A DNA stretch of 31,894 nt. Source: a virus (Duplodnaviria; Heunggongvirae; Uroviricota; Caudoviricetes). Position 1 is the first letter of the stretch, and every line of letters begins with the position of its first letter. The DNA is taken from the IMG/VR virus record IMGVR_UViG_2558860161_000001; one strand, 5' to 3'. The translations under genes were made by a program, and so were the position numbers. Below the pieces are notes generated by a model, which made no database searches, was not told the origin of the DNA, and saw nothing but the letters and a program-made list of their open reading frames with translations. Of the stretch, positions 8,221 through 16,994 are shown one piece after another.

Positions 8221-8631
8221 ATGAGTATAAAAGAGAGATTGCGCGAAGCGATGGATGCTAAGAGTCTGACAATTAAGGCATTGTCAGACTTGTCAAAAAT
8301 TCCATATCGCTCACTTCAAAACTATCTGCGTGGAGAGAGAGAACCTAATGCAGAGGCTCTTGTTGCGCTAAGCACCCATTTGAACATATCAATAGATTGG
8401 CTACTTACTGGTAAAGGGGAAGCTGTTGGGGTAGAGAAAGCACAGCCAGCTAATCAGGAGCAGCATTTCAACCAGTCTGATCTGAAGTTATTGGAGCTGC
8501 TCAACCAACTGGAGCCAGAGGTGCGAAAAGAGTTGCTGCGAGGCGCTGAGGAAAAACAGCGAATGATTGATATGGAAAAACAGCTTAAGGAGCTGTCCGC
8601 AGCGTTCGAAAGATTAAAAAATACGGGTTAA
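8221..8631 (+). CDS. XRE-family HTH repressor (CI/c-like immunity repressor, no peptidase domain)
   Basis: N-terminal HTH (LTIKALSDLSKIPYRSLQNYLRGEREP...ISIDWLLTGKG) and C-terminal coiled coil. Divergent from the early operon. ATG at 8221 preferred over the upstream alternative start of the track ORF. Confidence 0.7.
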   Translation: MSIKERLREAMDAKSLTIKALSDLSKIPYRSLQNYLRGEREPNAEALVALSTHLNISIDWLLTGKGEAVGVEKAQPANQEQHFNQSDLKLLELLNQLEPEVRKELLRGAEEKQRMIDMEKQLKELSAAFERLKNTG

Positions 8632-8672
8632 TCTGTTCCTATTAAGAACATTATAGGTATAAGGACATGACT

Positions 8673-9200
8673 ATGCGCAAATTATTTTTACCGTTGATAT
8701 TTGTTTTATCTGGGTGTGGAGATAATACCGATCCTGCTGATACGTCCACCACAGCTAAGGAGCACGCGGTTTTTAGCGTTGAAACAGATAATCCGGTTGT
8801 AAATCGCGAATTACCGTTTATTCGCCAACAACTCCCCGGCCTGGATAAGTACGCGGACAGTTTTGAAAAAGTCGAAGTATCCGAGGATAGCGAACGTCCG
8901 GTGACAACGGTGCAGTTTCATATTAAAGACGAAAATAATATTCCAAGTGACTACATAGCCTCTGGTCATAATTGTTATTTGTTCATATCAAATAATGCCC
9001 ACGAAGTGAAAATATCTAAATCAGCATGTCAGGCTGTTTTTTTCGATAAAACGGATGTTCCTGGTGGAGACCTGACCGTGAAACTTGATAAGGAAAAAGT
9101 TCCTATGACAGATGATGGTAAGACCCCGCGAGCAGGTTGTTTGAAAGCTTATTCACCAGAGCCAGATAATGATTATTGGACTTGTCCAAGGCAGGATTAA
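8673..9200 (+). CDS. Lipoprotein of unknown function (moron; lipobox LSGC)
   Basis: Signal peptide MRKLFLPLIFVLSGC with lipobox Cys. Four further Cys in the mature part. AAGGA Shine-Dalgarno 7 nt before ATG at 8673. Gene and the adjacent repressor are markedly AT-richer (about 40-43% GC by eye) than the rest of the prophage (about 55-60%). Confidence 0.65.
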   Translation: MRKLFLPLIFVLSGCGDNTDPADTSTTAKEHAVFSVETDNPVVNRELPFIRQQLPGLDKYADSFEKVEVSEDSERPVTTVQFHIKDENNIPSDYIASGHNCYLFISNNAHEVKISKSACQAVFFDKTDVPGGDLTVKLDKEKVPMTDDGKTPRAGCLKAYSPEPDNDYWTCPRQD

Positions 9201-9206
9201 ATGTTT

Positions 9207-9233
9207 AGGTGGTGCTGCAGATGCACCACCACC
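9207..9233. terminator. Hairpin between convergent lipoprotein and methyltransferase genes (possible bidirectional terminator)
   Basis: AGGTGGTGC ... GCACCACCT inverted repeat centred on CTGCAG. Weak T-tracts, so termination efficiency is uncertain. Confidence 0.4.
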
Positions 9234-9247
9234 TTTAACTACCTCTT

Positions 9248-10018
9248 TCAAAAATTACAAATTACCAGCTCTTTCTTCGGGCTGGGTTTGCCTGTTACCT
9301 TAAGGTTGTAGCTGATATCAACCGACTGCATGTTCAGACCGTTGAATACCTGCCGCATTTCCGGGATATCGTTCACTGATATAATCATCTTCCCTTTGAT
9401 CCTTCGCGCTAAATCTGCCATGTGATCATAGTTTTCCAGCCCGAACTCCACACCATAGCCTTCCGTTCCCCAGTACGGTGGGTCACAGTAGAACAGCGTA
9501 TGCGGGCGATCATATCGCTCTATGCACTGGTGCCAGTCCAGATGCTCTATCAGCGTTCTCGACAGGCGCAGGTGTGCCATCGACAGTTCTTCCTCAATAC
9601 GCAGCAAATTGAAGCGCGGCGCACTGGTTGTAGAGGTACCGAATGTGTGATCGGCGACCTTGCCGCCAAATGCCTGTTTCTGCAGGTAGTAGAACCGGGC
9701 CGCCCGCTGAATGTCGGTGAGCGTTTCTTCCGGCGTATCCTGCAACCATTTGTAAATCTGACGGCTGACCAGCGCCCATTTGAACTGGCGAATAAATTCT
9801 TCCAGATGATGCTTGACCACCCGATAGAGGTTCACCAGTTCCCCGTTGATATCGTTAATGACTTCGGTCTTGCTGGGAGTCTTTAGGAAATAGAGCGCAG
9901 CTGCCCCGCAGAACGGCTCCACATAGCAGGTATGGGCCGGAAACAATGGTAAAATATGCTTCGCCAGACGACGTTTACCGCCAATCCATGGGACGATGGG
10001 TAAAGATTGTTCTTTCAT
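9248..10018 (-). CDS. Dam-family N6-adenine DNA methyltransferase (orphan, no cognate endonuclease seen)
   Basis: Motifs PWIGGKRRL, VEPFCGAAALYF (AdoMet binding) and DPPY (catalytic), in the D12-class order. Start set to ATG 10016..10018 rather than the TTG at 10042. Confidence 0.85.
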   Translation of the reverse strand: MKEQSLPIVPWIGGKRRLAKHILPLFPAHTCYVEPFCGAAALYFLKTPSKTEVINDINGELVNLYRVVKHHLEEFIRQFKWALVSRQIYKWLQDTPEETLTDIQRAARFYYLQKQAFGGKVADHTFGTSTTSAPRFNLLRIEEELSMAHLRLSRTLIEHLDWHQCIERYDRPHTLFYCDPPYWGTEGYGVEFGLENYDHMADLARRIKGKMIISVNDIPEMRQVFNGLNMQSVDISYNLKVTGKPSPKKELVICNF

Positions 10019-10121
10019 TATCCGTAAGCCTTTTGCAATCAATGAAAATATGGCAGGCTAGTCTGGTCTCGCGAGACTGACTGAACCCTGGTCGGCTCAC
10101 AGTGCATACCTGTGGGTTGAT

Positions 10122-10165
10122 GACCAGCCTGGTGTTACCGCACCGGGCTGGTCGTTCTTTCAAAG
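10122..10165 (+). other. Composite hairpin (GACCAGCC ... GGCTGGTC with inner GGTG/CACC) followed by GTTCTTTC; terminator-like element or small RNA 3' end
   Basis: Inverted repeats at 10122..10129 and 10146..10153 with an inner 4-bp stem, then a T-rich run. Lies in the 247-bp intergenic region between the methyltransferase and the lysis genes. No upstream plus-strand gene explains a terminator here. Confidence 0.35.
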
Positions 10166-10265
10166 CCATCATGCGGTTCACGTCTGCATCCTCACTATTA
10201 ACGCTGTTTAAAATCCCTTTCCCCGACCATTTGTGATGCTGTCTCCACTACACAAGGAGACGCTC

Positions 10266-10616
10266 ATGAAAAACCTGAAAAAATTCATTCCCCCTGTTAA
10301 AAAGCCACGTCTCAGCGGCTGGCTGCTGACCGCTGTGCTGCTGCTCGGCACCATCGGTCTGGTATCGCCCCAGCAGCTGCCGGTGGTTGTCTACAAGCTA
10401 TCACTCATCACGCTGGCGGCAGTATTGGGCTACTGGCTTGACCGTTCGCTTTTCCCCAAAGCCCGTCCCGGTCAGTACCTGAAGCATGATGACAGGCTGA
10501 TGGCTGATGGTCGCTTCCCTGTCCAGACTGGCCTTCACCTGGTCTTTTCTGCTGCGCTAATCCGCCGTGCGCTGATTGTTGCTGCAGTCTGTCTGGCCGT
10601 AGCGATGGGGCTTTAA
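10266..10616 (+). CDS. Membrane protein, first gene of lysis cassette (putative holin)
   Basis: AAGGAGA Shine-Dalgarno 5 nt before ATG at 10266. Three hydrophobic segments. TAATG overlap with the next gene. Confidence 0.5.
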   Translation: MKNLKKFIPPVKKPRLSGWLLTAVLLLGTIGLVSPQQLPVVVYKLSLITLAAVLGYWLDRSLFPKARPGQYLKHDDRLMADGRFPVQTGLHLVFSAALIRRALIVAAVCLAVAMGL

Positions 10617-11353
10617 TGATGACCCTCTATATGTACTGGCCTCAGGTTGTCTGGGCCGTGCTGGTACTGCTGGGGCTGGGCATCGAACTGGCCCGCTACG
10701 GGCAGGCCCGAACGGGTAAGCACAGTTTCTGGTGGCAGCTCTTTGGTTCAGTAACGGTAGCCTGGCTGCTCTGGTGTGGCGGCTTCTTCAGTCAGGCCCG
10801 CGCTGCCCAGCCACCGCAGACCGCGCTGCAGTATCGCGACGATGTGATCCGTAATGCCCGGCTTGAATGGGGAATGTCTGCGCCGGTGGCCGACTTCGCC
10901 GCGCAGCTGCATCAGGAAAGCGGCTGGCGACCTGATGCGGTCTCGCCGGTTGGCGCTCAGGGACTGGCGCAGTTTATGCCCACCACCGCTGACTGGATAA
11001 GTCAGCTGATGCCGGGGCTTAACAGCCGTGAACCGTTTAATCCGTCTTGGGCCATCCGGGCGCTGGTCAGCTATGACCGCTGGCTGTGGCAACGCGTCAG
11101 CGCCGTCAATGACTGCGAGCGTATGGCCATGACGCTGTCAGGCTATAACGGTGGTCTGGGCTGGGTACAGCGGGACAAACGGCTGGCCTCGCAGCAGGGG
11201 CTGGACAGCACCCGCTGGTTTGGTCATGTCGCCACGGTGAATGCCGGACGCAGCACTGCCAACTGGCGGGAGAACCGTCATTATCCGCAGCGCATCCTGC
11301 ACGAACTGGCCCCGCGTTATCTCACCTGGGGAGGCGGCAGCTGTGTGGACTAA
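10616..11353 (+). CDS. Membrane-anchored lytic transglycosylase (SLT-domain endolysin)
   Basis: SLT catalytic motif LHQESGWRPDAVSPVGAQGLAQFMPTTA, preceded by two N-terminal hydrophobic segments in the same ORF. Confidence 0.8.
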   Translation: MMTLYMYWPQVVWAVLVLLGLGIELARYGQARTGKHSFWWQLFGSVTVAWLLWCGGFFSQARAAQPPQTALQYRDDVIRNARLEWGMSAPVADFAAQLHQESGWRPDAVSPVGAQGLAQFMPTTADWISQLMPGLNSREPFNPSWAIRALVSYDRWLWQRVSAVNDCERMAMTLSGYNGGLGWVQRDKRLASQQGLDSTRWFGHVATVNAGRSTANWRENRHYPQRILHELAPRYLTWGGGSCVD

Positions 11354-11996
11354 CCTGCTAAAAAATCTGCCGTGGCGCAGTCTGCTGCTGGCGGTGGTCA
11401 TAAATGCTTTTCTGATTGGGCTTTATTACCTGGGCTACAAAAGCGGGCATGAAAACGCCACGCGCGACGGCGATAAGGCGGTCAGTGAGTTGCAGTCAGC
11501 ATTCGACACGTACAAAACGGAGCAGGCAACGCTTGAGAACGCTGCGTTGCGGGCTTGGGCGAAACGGTATCAGGAACAGGTAGCCGCCGGGCAGCAGGCT
11601 GAAGCCAGTTACCTTGAGCAGATTGCTCAACTGGAGAGCCAGAACAAACAACTACAGGGGCAAATTAACGATGTCACACAGCGCTGGATTGATGAAAAAG
11701 GTAAGAGCCATCCCATTGAGTGCGTGTTTACTCGCGGTTTCGTGCGCCAGTACAACGCCGCGCTCGGATATGACAACGCATCCGTCGACACCGGTCATTC
11801 AGACGCAACTGCCGCCGCTGGCACCGGCACTGGCGCAGCGTCCGGGCAACCTGAAGCCGCTGACGCCTGGCTACGCAACTCAGGCGTCTCCCAGCGTGAT
11901 GTCCTCGCCAACATCATCGACAACGCGAAGCAGTGCCGCATCTGGCGCAGCCAGATAAACGGGATGCTGGACGAACGGGAAGGATTACAGAAATGA
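11343..11996 (+). CDS. Rz-like i-spanin (inner membrane spanin subunit)
   Basis: GTG start at 11343 after GGAGG. N-terminal TM (LLLAVVINAFLIGLYYLGY) then a predicted coiled-coil periplasmic domain. Contains an embedded +1-frame lipoprotein gene. Confidence 0.6.
   Translation: MWTNLLKNLPWRSLLLAVVINAFLIGLYYLGYKSGHENATRDGDKAVSELQSAFDTYKTEQATLENAALRAWAKRYQEQVAAGQQAEASYLEQIAQLESQNKQLQGQINDVTQRWIDEKGKSHPIECVFTRGFVRQYNAALGYDNASVDTGHSDATAAAGTGTGAASGQPEAADAWLRNSGVSQRDVLANIIDNAKQCRIWRSQINGMLDEREGLQK
11692..11958 (+). CDS. Rz1-like o-spanin (outer membrane lipoprotein) embedded in the Rz frame
   Basis: MKKVRAIPLSACLLAVSC lipoprotein signal followed by a Pro-rich mature region (PSTPVIQTQLPPLAPALAQRPGNLKPLTPGY). 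Entirely inside the i-spanin gene in another frame. Confidence 0.55.
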   Translation: MKKVRAIPLSACLLAVSCASTTPRSDMTTHPSTPVIQTQLPPLAPALAQRPGNLKPLTPGYATQASPSVMSSPTSSTTRSSAASGAAR

Positions 11997-12325
11997 CGTT
12001 GCAGGTTGAATTCTGGACGGTGGTGGGCTTTCTCATCACCTTCATGAGCTTTGTCGGCGGTATGGCCAAGTGGCTGTTCAGTAAAGCGGAGGAGCGTCAG
12101 GCGGCGCGGTTCGCCTCTCTTGAGCAGTCGCTGCAACAGTCCGCTTCCAACTGGGGCGAGCTGGAAAAAGAATTTATGCGGTTTAAGGCGGATTTACCGC
12201 TGAACTACGTCCGCCGCGAGGATTACATCCGTGGGCAGACGGTCATCGAGGCCAAGCTGGACGCACTCTACAACAAACTGGAAGTGGTACAGCAGTATCG
12301 TCATACAGGAGGTCACCATGGTTGA
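11993..12325 (+). CDS. Small membrane protein (110 aa)
   Basis: ATG at 11993 overlapping the Rz stop (ATGA). N-terminal TM FWTVVGFLITFMSFVGGMAKWLF. Confidence 0.5.
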   Translation: MTLQVEFWTVVGFLITFMSFVGGMAKWLFSKAEERQAARFASLEQSLQQSASNWGELEKEFMRFKADLPLNYVRREDYIRGQTVIEAKLDALYNKLEVVQQYRHTGGHHG

Positions 12326-12629
12326 TATCGCCCGCGTGCGCCGGGAATCCCTGCGCTGGAGTCTGCTGGTTGCTCTGAACAAAACCCGCCCGTACACCGC
12401 CAGCGAGACGCTGCTGCTGGACGTGTCCCGCGCCATCTACCCGGACACCACTCCGCTGGAGCTGCGCCGTGAGCTGGATTATCTGTCCGACCGCAAGATG
12501 GTTGATCTGGAGAAAAAACCCTCCGGCGACTGGTTTGCCGACCTGACCCGCCTCGGCGTTGACCTGGTGGAATATACCGTGGAATGCGGCCCCGGTATCG
12601 CCCGCCCGGAAAAGTACTGGAGTGAATGA
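12318..12629 (+). CDS. Hypothetical late protein (103 aa)
   Basis: Perfect AGGAGG Shine-Dalgarno 5 nt before ATG at 12318. ATGA overlap with the small terminase start. Confidence 0.55.
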   Translation: MVDIARVRRESLRWSLLVALNKTRPYTASETLLLDVSRAIYPDTTPLELRRELDYLSDRKMVDLEKKPSGDWFADLTRLGVDLVEYTVECGPGIARPEKYWSE

Positions 12630-13174
12630 TGGCCAGACGCAGCACGATAGAAAAGCTGCCGGAAGACGTGCGTCGCTGGCTTGAGCGGGCGCTGACTGAA
12701 TCCGGCTTCAGCGGGTATAACGAGCTGGAGTCCCTGCTGCGTGAGCAGGGTTATGTCATCAGCAAATCGGCTATCCATCGCTATGGCCAGAAGATTGAGC
12801 GCCGCTATGGCGCTATCCGTGCAGCCACTGAAGCGGCCCGGATGCTGACCGAAGGTGCGGCTGACGATCAGGATGCACGTTCGGAGGCGGTGATCGCCCT
12901 GATTCAGACCGAGCTGTTCGAGAGCATCGTCCAGCTGCAGGAAGCGGAAGAAGGCGAAGTCGACCCCAAAGAGCGCGTGGCGCTGTTGTCGAAGGTGGCA
13001 AAGAACGTGGCCACGCTGTCCCGCGCTTCCGTCAACCTCAAGAAGTTCCAGTCTGAAGTCCGGGCCAGAGCGCAGCAGGCGGCCAGCAACGCCGAGAAAA
13101 TTGCCCGTAAGGGTGGACTGTCAACCGATGCGGTACAGGCGCTGCGTCGTGAAATTCTGGGGATTGCCTCATGA
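12626..13174 (+). CDS. Terminase small subunit-like protein (DUF3486, Mu gp27-like)
   Basis: N-terminal LPEDVRRWLERALTESGFSGYNELESLLREQGYVISKSAIHRYGQKIERR matches the DUF3486 pattern. Immediately upstream of the large terminase. Confidence 0.6.
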   Translation: MMARRSTIEKLPEDVRRWLERALTESGFSGYNELESLLREQGYVISKSAIHRYGQKIERRYGAIRAATEAARMLTEGAADDQDARSEAVIALIQTELFESIVQLQEAEEGEVDPKERVALLSKVAKNVATLSRASVNLKKFQSEVRARAQQAASNAEKIARKGGLSTDAVQALRREILGIAS

Positions 13175-14694
13175 GCCAGCTTGCTCCTGTTTTGCCTGAC
13201 ACCTCGGCGCTGGATATCCCCGCCGTTCTGATGCCCTACCAGCAGCGCTGGGTGGCTGACACGTCTCCGCTCAAGGTGATTGAGAAGAGCCGCCGAACCG
13301 GTATCACCTGGGCTGAGGCGTCCGATGACGTGCTGACCGCAGCCTCTTCAGCCCCTGCGGGTGGGATGAACGTGTATTACATCGCCTATAACCAGGACAT
13401 GACCGTCGAATATATTCAGGCGTGTGCGATGTGGGCGCGGGCATTCAACTATGCCGCCAGTGAAATCGAAGAGGGTTTCTGGGAAGAGGACGAAGACGAC
13501 AAGCATATCAAGACCTACACCATCAAATTCCCTGACTCCGGCTTCCGCGTTGTCGCGCTCTCCAGCCGTCCGTCTAACCTGCGTGGCCGTCAGGGCATCA
13601 TCGTTATCGACGAAGCGGCGTTCCATGAGCAACTGGACGAACTGCTGAAGGCGGCGCTGGCGATGCTTATCTGGGGCGGTAAAGTGCGCGTTATCTCCAC
13701 CCATGACGGTGACGATAACCCGTTCAATACGCTTATCGGTGATATCCGGGCCGGGCGTCAGGGGGGCAGCGTACATCGCATTACTTTTCAGGAGGCTGTG
13801 TCCCAAGGGCTGTTCCACCGCGTCTGCCTGCGTACCGGGAAAGAATGGTCGGAAGCATCCGAGCAGGCGTGGATGGCATCGGTGTACAAATTCTACGGTG
13901 CCGGTGCATCGGAGGAGCTTGACTGTGTTCCGGCCAACGGTGGCGGAGCCTGGCTGTCCCGCGCCCTGATTGAGTCCCGTATGTCGGCTGGCACGCCGGT
14001 GTTGCGTCTGACCTGCCCGGAGGGTTACGAGCTGAAGCCCGATGATGTCCGCTGGAGCGAGACGCAGGAGTGGCTTGATACACATCTGAAACCGTTGCTG
14101 GAGGCGCTCCCCGCTGACGCACGTTCTTTCCTGGGTCGCGACTTTGGCCGCAGCGGTGACCTGTCGGTGGACTATCCCCTGCTGCAGGAGAAGAACCTAG
14201 TTCGCCGCGTGCCGTTCGTGCTGGAGCTGCGCAACGTGCCGTTCAAACAGCAGGAGCAAATCGCCTGGTACCTGATGGATGGCCTGCCAAACCTGATGGG
14301 CGCGGCGCTTGATGCCCGTGGTAACGGCTCTTACCTCGCCGAATACGCCATGCAGCGCTACGGCTCCAGCCGGGTTAAGCAGGTGATGCCAACTGAAAAC
14401 TGGTATCGCGAGCATATGCCGCCGGTCAAGGCTGCGCTGGAAGATGGCAACCTGGTGGATTTACCGAAGGATGAAGATACGCTGGATGACCTGCGGGCCG
14501 TTCAGGTGGTAAACGGCGTTCCCCGCGTGCCGGAACAGCGCTCAAAAGCGAAGTCTGACAGTGGCAAGCGTCACGGGGATTCAGCCATCGCACTGGCGCT
14601 GGCGTACTTCGCCAGTCGTGAAATTAACAAAGGGCCGGTGAAGGCAAGCTCACGCCGTCGTCGTCAGGCGGCCCGTATGCTGGAGGATTACTGA
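13171..14694 (+). CDS. Terminase large subunit (Mu gp28-like)
   Basis: 507 aa with ATPase-like KSRRTGIT and VIVIDEAAF motifs and a C-terminal nuclease-like region. ATGA overlap upstream, TGATG overlap downstream. Confidence 0.85.
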   Translation: MSQLAPVLPDTSALDIPAVLMPYQQRWVADTSPLKVIEKSRRTGITWAEASDDVLTAASSAPAGGMNVYYIAYNQDMTVEYIQACAMWARAFNYAASEIEEGFWEEDEDDKHIKTYTIKFPDSGFRVVALSSRPSNLRGRQGIIVIDEAAFHEQLDELLKAALAMLIWGGKVRVISTHDGDDNPFNTLIGDIRAGRQGGSVHRITFQEAVSQGLFHRVCLRTGKEWSEASEQAWMASVYKFYGAGASEELDCVPANGGGAWLSRALIESRMSAGTPVLRLTCPEGYELKPDDVRWSETQEWLDTHLKPLLEALPADARSFLGRDFGRSGDLSVDYPLLQEKNLVRRVPFVLELRNVPFKQQEQIAWYLMDGLPNLMGAALDARGNGSYLAEYAMQRYGSSRVKQVMPTENWYREHMPPVKAALEDGNLVDLPKDEDTLDDLRAVQVVNGVPRVPEQRSKAKSDSGKRHGDSAIALALAYFASREINKGPVKASSRRRRQAARMLEDY

Positions 14695-16190
14695 TGGCCC
14701 GTGGACTCTGGGTTTCACCCAGTGAGTTCGTCAAATTTGCCGAACCTAATAAAACACTGACGGAGCAGATCGCCTCGCGCAGCCGCTCCATCGACTTCTT
14801 CGGGCTGGGGATGTACCTGCCTAACCCTGACCCCATTCTGAAATCTCAGGGCCGGGATATCCGCATCTATCGCGAGCTGCGTACCGACCCGCTGGTCGGT
14901 GGCTGCATCCGCAGGCGTAAGGCGGCGGTCAAATCGCTGGAGCGCGGTCTTGAACGTGGCCATGCCCCGGCGCGGGTATTCAGCTTCATCCGGGATATGC
15001 TCGACGATCTGGATCTGTCCCGCATCATCGGCGAGATGACCGACGCCGTTCTCTACGGGTATCAGCCCTGTGAGATCATGTGGGGACGCTCTGTTAAATC
15101 CTGGGCCATTGCCGATATCGTAGGTAAACCCCCTGAGTGGTTCCAGTTCGACAACGACAACCTGCTGCGCTTTCGCGCCAAGGACGCCGGGCTGGAAGGC
15201 GAGCCGGTACCGCTGAACAAGTTTGTGGTACCGCGTCAGGACGCGACCTACGATAACCCGTATGGCTTCCCTGACCTGTCGATGTGCTTCTGGCCCGTGA
15301 CCTTCAAAAAAGGCGGCATGAAGTTCTGGGTGCGCTTTGCCGAGAAATATGGCTCACCGTGGGTTATCGGCAAGCATCCGCGCGGTACCGCTCAGGGTGA
15401 GATTGACCTGCTGCTGGATTCCATGGAGGCAATGGTGGAAGACGCGGTGGCCGCTATCCCCGACGATTCCTCCATTGAAATTAAGGAGGCCGCAGGCAAG
15501 GCCGACAGCAGCGATATTTATCAGAACCTGATAACGCTTGCCCGCAGTGAAATCTCCATCGCCCTGCTGGGGCAGAACCAGACCACCGAGGCCAACAGTA
15601 ACCGCGCCTCCGCGCAGGCCGGACTGGAGGTTACTGATGATATCCGTGACGCTGACGCTGATATCGTGGAAAGCGCGGTGAATCAGGCCATCAGGATGGC
15701 GGTATCAATGAACTTTGGCGACGTGGCCAGCCCCGTCTGGAAGATGTGGGAACAGGGAACGGTCGACGATACCCAGGCAACCCGCGACGAGAAACTCAGC
15801 CGCTCCGGTGTGGTCTTCACCCCGCAATACTTCAAGCGTGAGTACCAGCTGCAGGACGGTGATATTGACGAGACACCACCGTCAGAACGCCAGAAGAACA
15901 TGCTGCCGCTGTCATTTGCCGAAGCTATTGATGCCGATATTCAGGCACAGCAGGCCCTGGACGACGCGCTGGATATTATGATGAACGGAGGCGCGTTAAA
16001 TGGCACGCTGGAACCCGTACTGGCTCCTTTGTTTAAGCGGGTTGAAGATGGCGTCAATCCGTCTGAGCTGCTGGGCGAACTGGCCGAGCTGTACCCGCAG
16101 ATGAACGCTGAAGACCTGCAGGAACGGCTGGCACGGATTATGTTTGTTGCAACTGTCTGGGGGCGTCTGCATGAGCGTGACAACGGCTGA
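14694..16190 (+). CDS. Portal protein (Mu gp29/DUF935-like)
   Basis: 498 aa, positioned between terminase and the Mu F-like gene. Sequence character fits DUF935 portals. Confidence 0.8.
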   Translation: MARGLWVSPSEFVKFAEPNKTLTEQIASRSRSIDFFGLGMYLPNPDPILKSQGRDIRIYRELRTDPLVGGCIRRRKAAVKSLERGLERGHAPARVFSFIRDMLDDLDLSRIIGEMTDAVLYGYQPCEIMWGRSVKSWAIADIVGKPPEWFQFDNDNLLRFRAKDAGLEGEPVPLNKFVVPRQDATYDNPYGFPDLSMCFWPVTFKKGGMKFWVRFAEKYGSPWVIGKHPRGTAQGEIDLLLDSMEAMVEDAVAAIPDDSSIEIKEAAGKADSSDIYQNLITLARSEISIALLGQNQTTEANSNRASAQAGLEVTDDIRDADADIVESAVNQAIRMAVSMNFGDVASPVWKMWEQGTVDDTQATRDEKLSRSGVVFTPQYFKREYQLQDGDIDETPPSERQKNMLPLSFAEAIDADIQAQQALDDALDIMMNGGALNGTLEPVLAPLFKRVEDGVNPSELLGELAELYPQMNAEDLQERLARIMFVATVWGRLHERDNG

Positions 16191-16992
16191 ACTGGCGTAC
16201 TGCATGACGTTGCCCCCCAAACGGGCTATCAGTTACCTGAAGTCCAAAGGGTATAGCTTCACGTGGGACTGGGAGGAGATGTGGCAGGATGCCCATGCCC
16301 GCGCCTTTACCGTCGCCAAAGTGACCCGCCTTGATATCCTGGAAGATATTCGCGGGGCACTGCAGCAGGCTGTCGATGAAGGAAAAACAGGCCGCTGGTT
16401 CCGGCAGGAGCTGGAGCCGGAGCTGCAGCGTAAGGGATGGTGGGGGCCACGTGACACCACCGACCCGGTAACGGGCGAGCCGGTCACCATCCAGCAGGGC
16501 AGCCCATGGCGTCTCGACACCATCTTTCGCACAAATATGTCCGTACTCTACAGCGCCGGTCGCTGGGCTGAGCAGATGGAGAACGTCGACGACAGGCCGT
16601 ACTGGATGTATACCGGCATCAACGACAGCCATACCCGCAAGAGCCATCTGGCGCTGCATGGTCTGGTGCTGCGCTATGATGACCCGTTCTGGCAGGCGTT
16701 CTATCCGCCGAACGGCTGGCGCTGCCGTTGTGGCGTGATTGCCCTGAGCGCGGCGGATGTGCGTGCCCGTGGCCTGAAGGTGTCAGGTTCTGGCGCAGCT
16801 CTGGGATGGGAGCTGAAGCTGGTCTCAGAGAAAACCGGCGAGATGCAGAACGTCGCCACCTTCAATACCGGCACCACGAAGGTGGCTACCGACGTCGGCT
16901 GGTCTTATGCGCCGGGGGCAGCATACCGTCCCGACCTTGCCCGCTATCAGGGGACGCTTCAACCGCTGGCACAGCAGGAACTGAGAGGATAA
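16171..16992 (+). CDS. Head morphogenesis protein (Mu F-like)
   Basis: ATG at 16171 overlapping the portal 3' end. Conserved Mu F-type region (WRLDTIFRTNMSVLYSAGRW ... NGWRCRCGV). Confidence 0.75.
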   Translation: MSVTTAELAYCMTLPPKRAISYLKSKGYSFTWDWEEMWQDAHARAFTVAKVTRLDILEDIRGALQQAVDEGKTGRWFRQELEPELQRKGWWGPRDTTDPVTGEPVTIQQGSPWRLDTIFRTNMSVLYSAGRWAEQMENVDDRPYWMYTGINDSHTRKSHLALHGLVLRYDDPFWQAFYPPNGWRCRCGVIALSAADVRARGLKVSGSGAALGWELKLVSEKTGEMQNVATFNTGTTKVATDVGWSYAPGAAYRPDLARYQGTLQPLAQQELRG

Positions 16993-16994
16993 CG

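Noticed and set aside
9975-10181. 68-aa minus-strand ORF overlapping the methyltransferase start and the intergenic region
   Set aside because: Overlaps the methyltransferase 5' end in another frame and covers the palindrome and hairpin elements; no start context.
10616-10790. Separate holin gene formed by the hydrophobic N-terminal part of the transglycosylase ORF
   Set aside because: There is no stop codon between the hydrophobic region and the SLT domain; it is one continuous reading frame.
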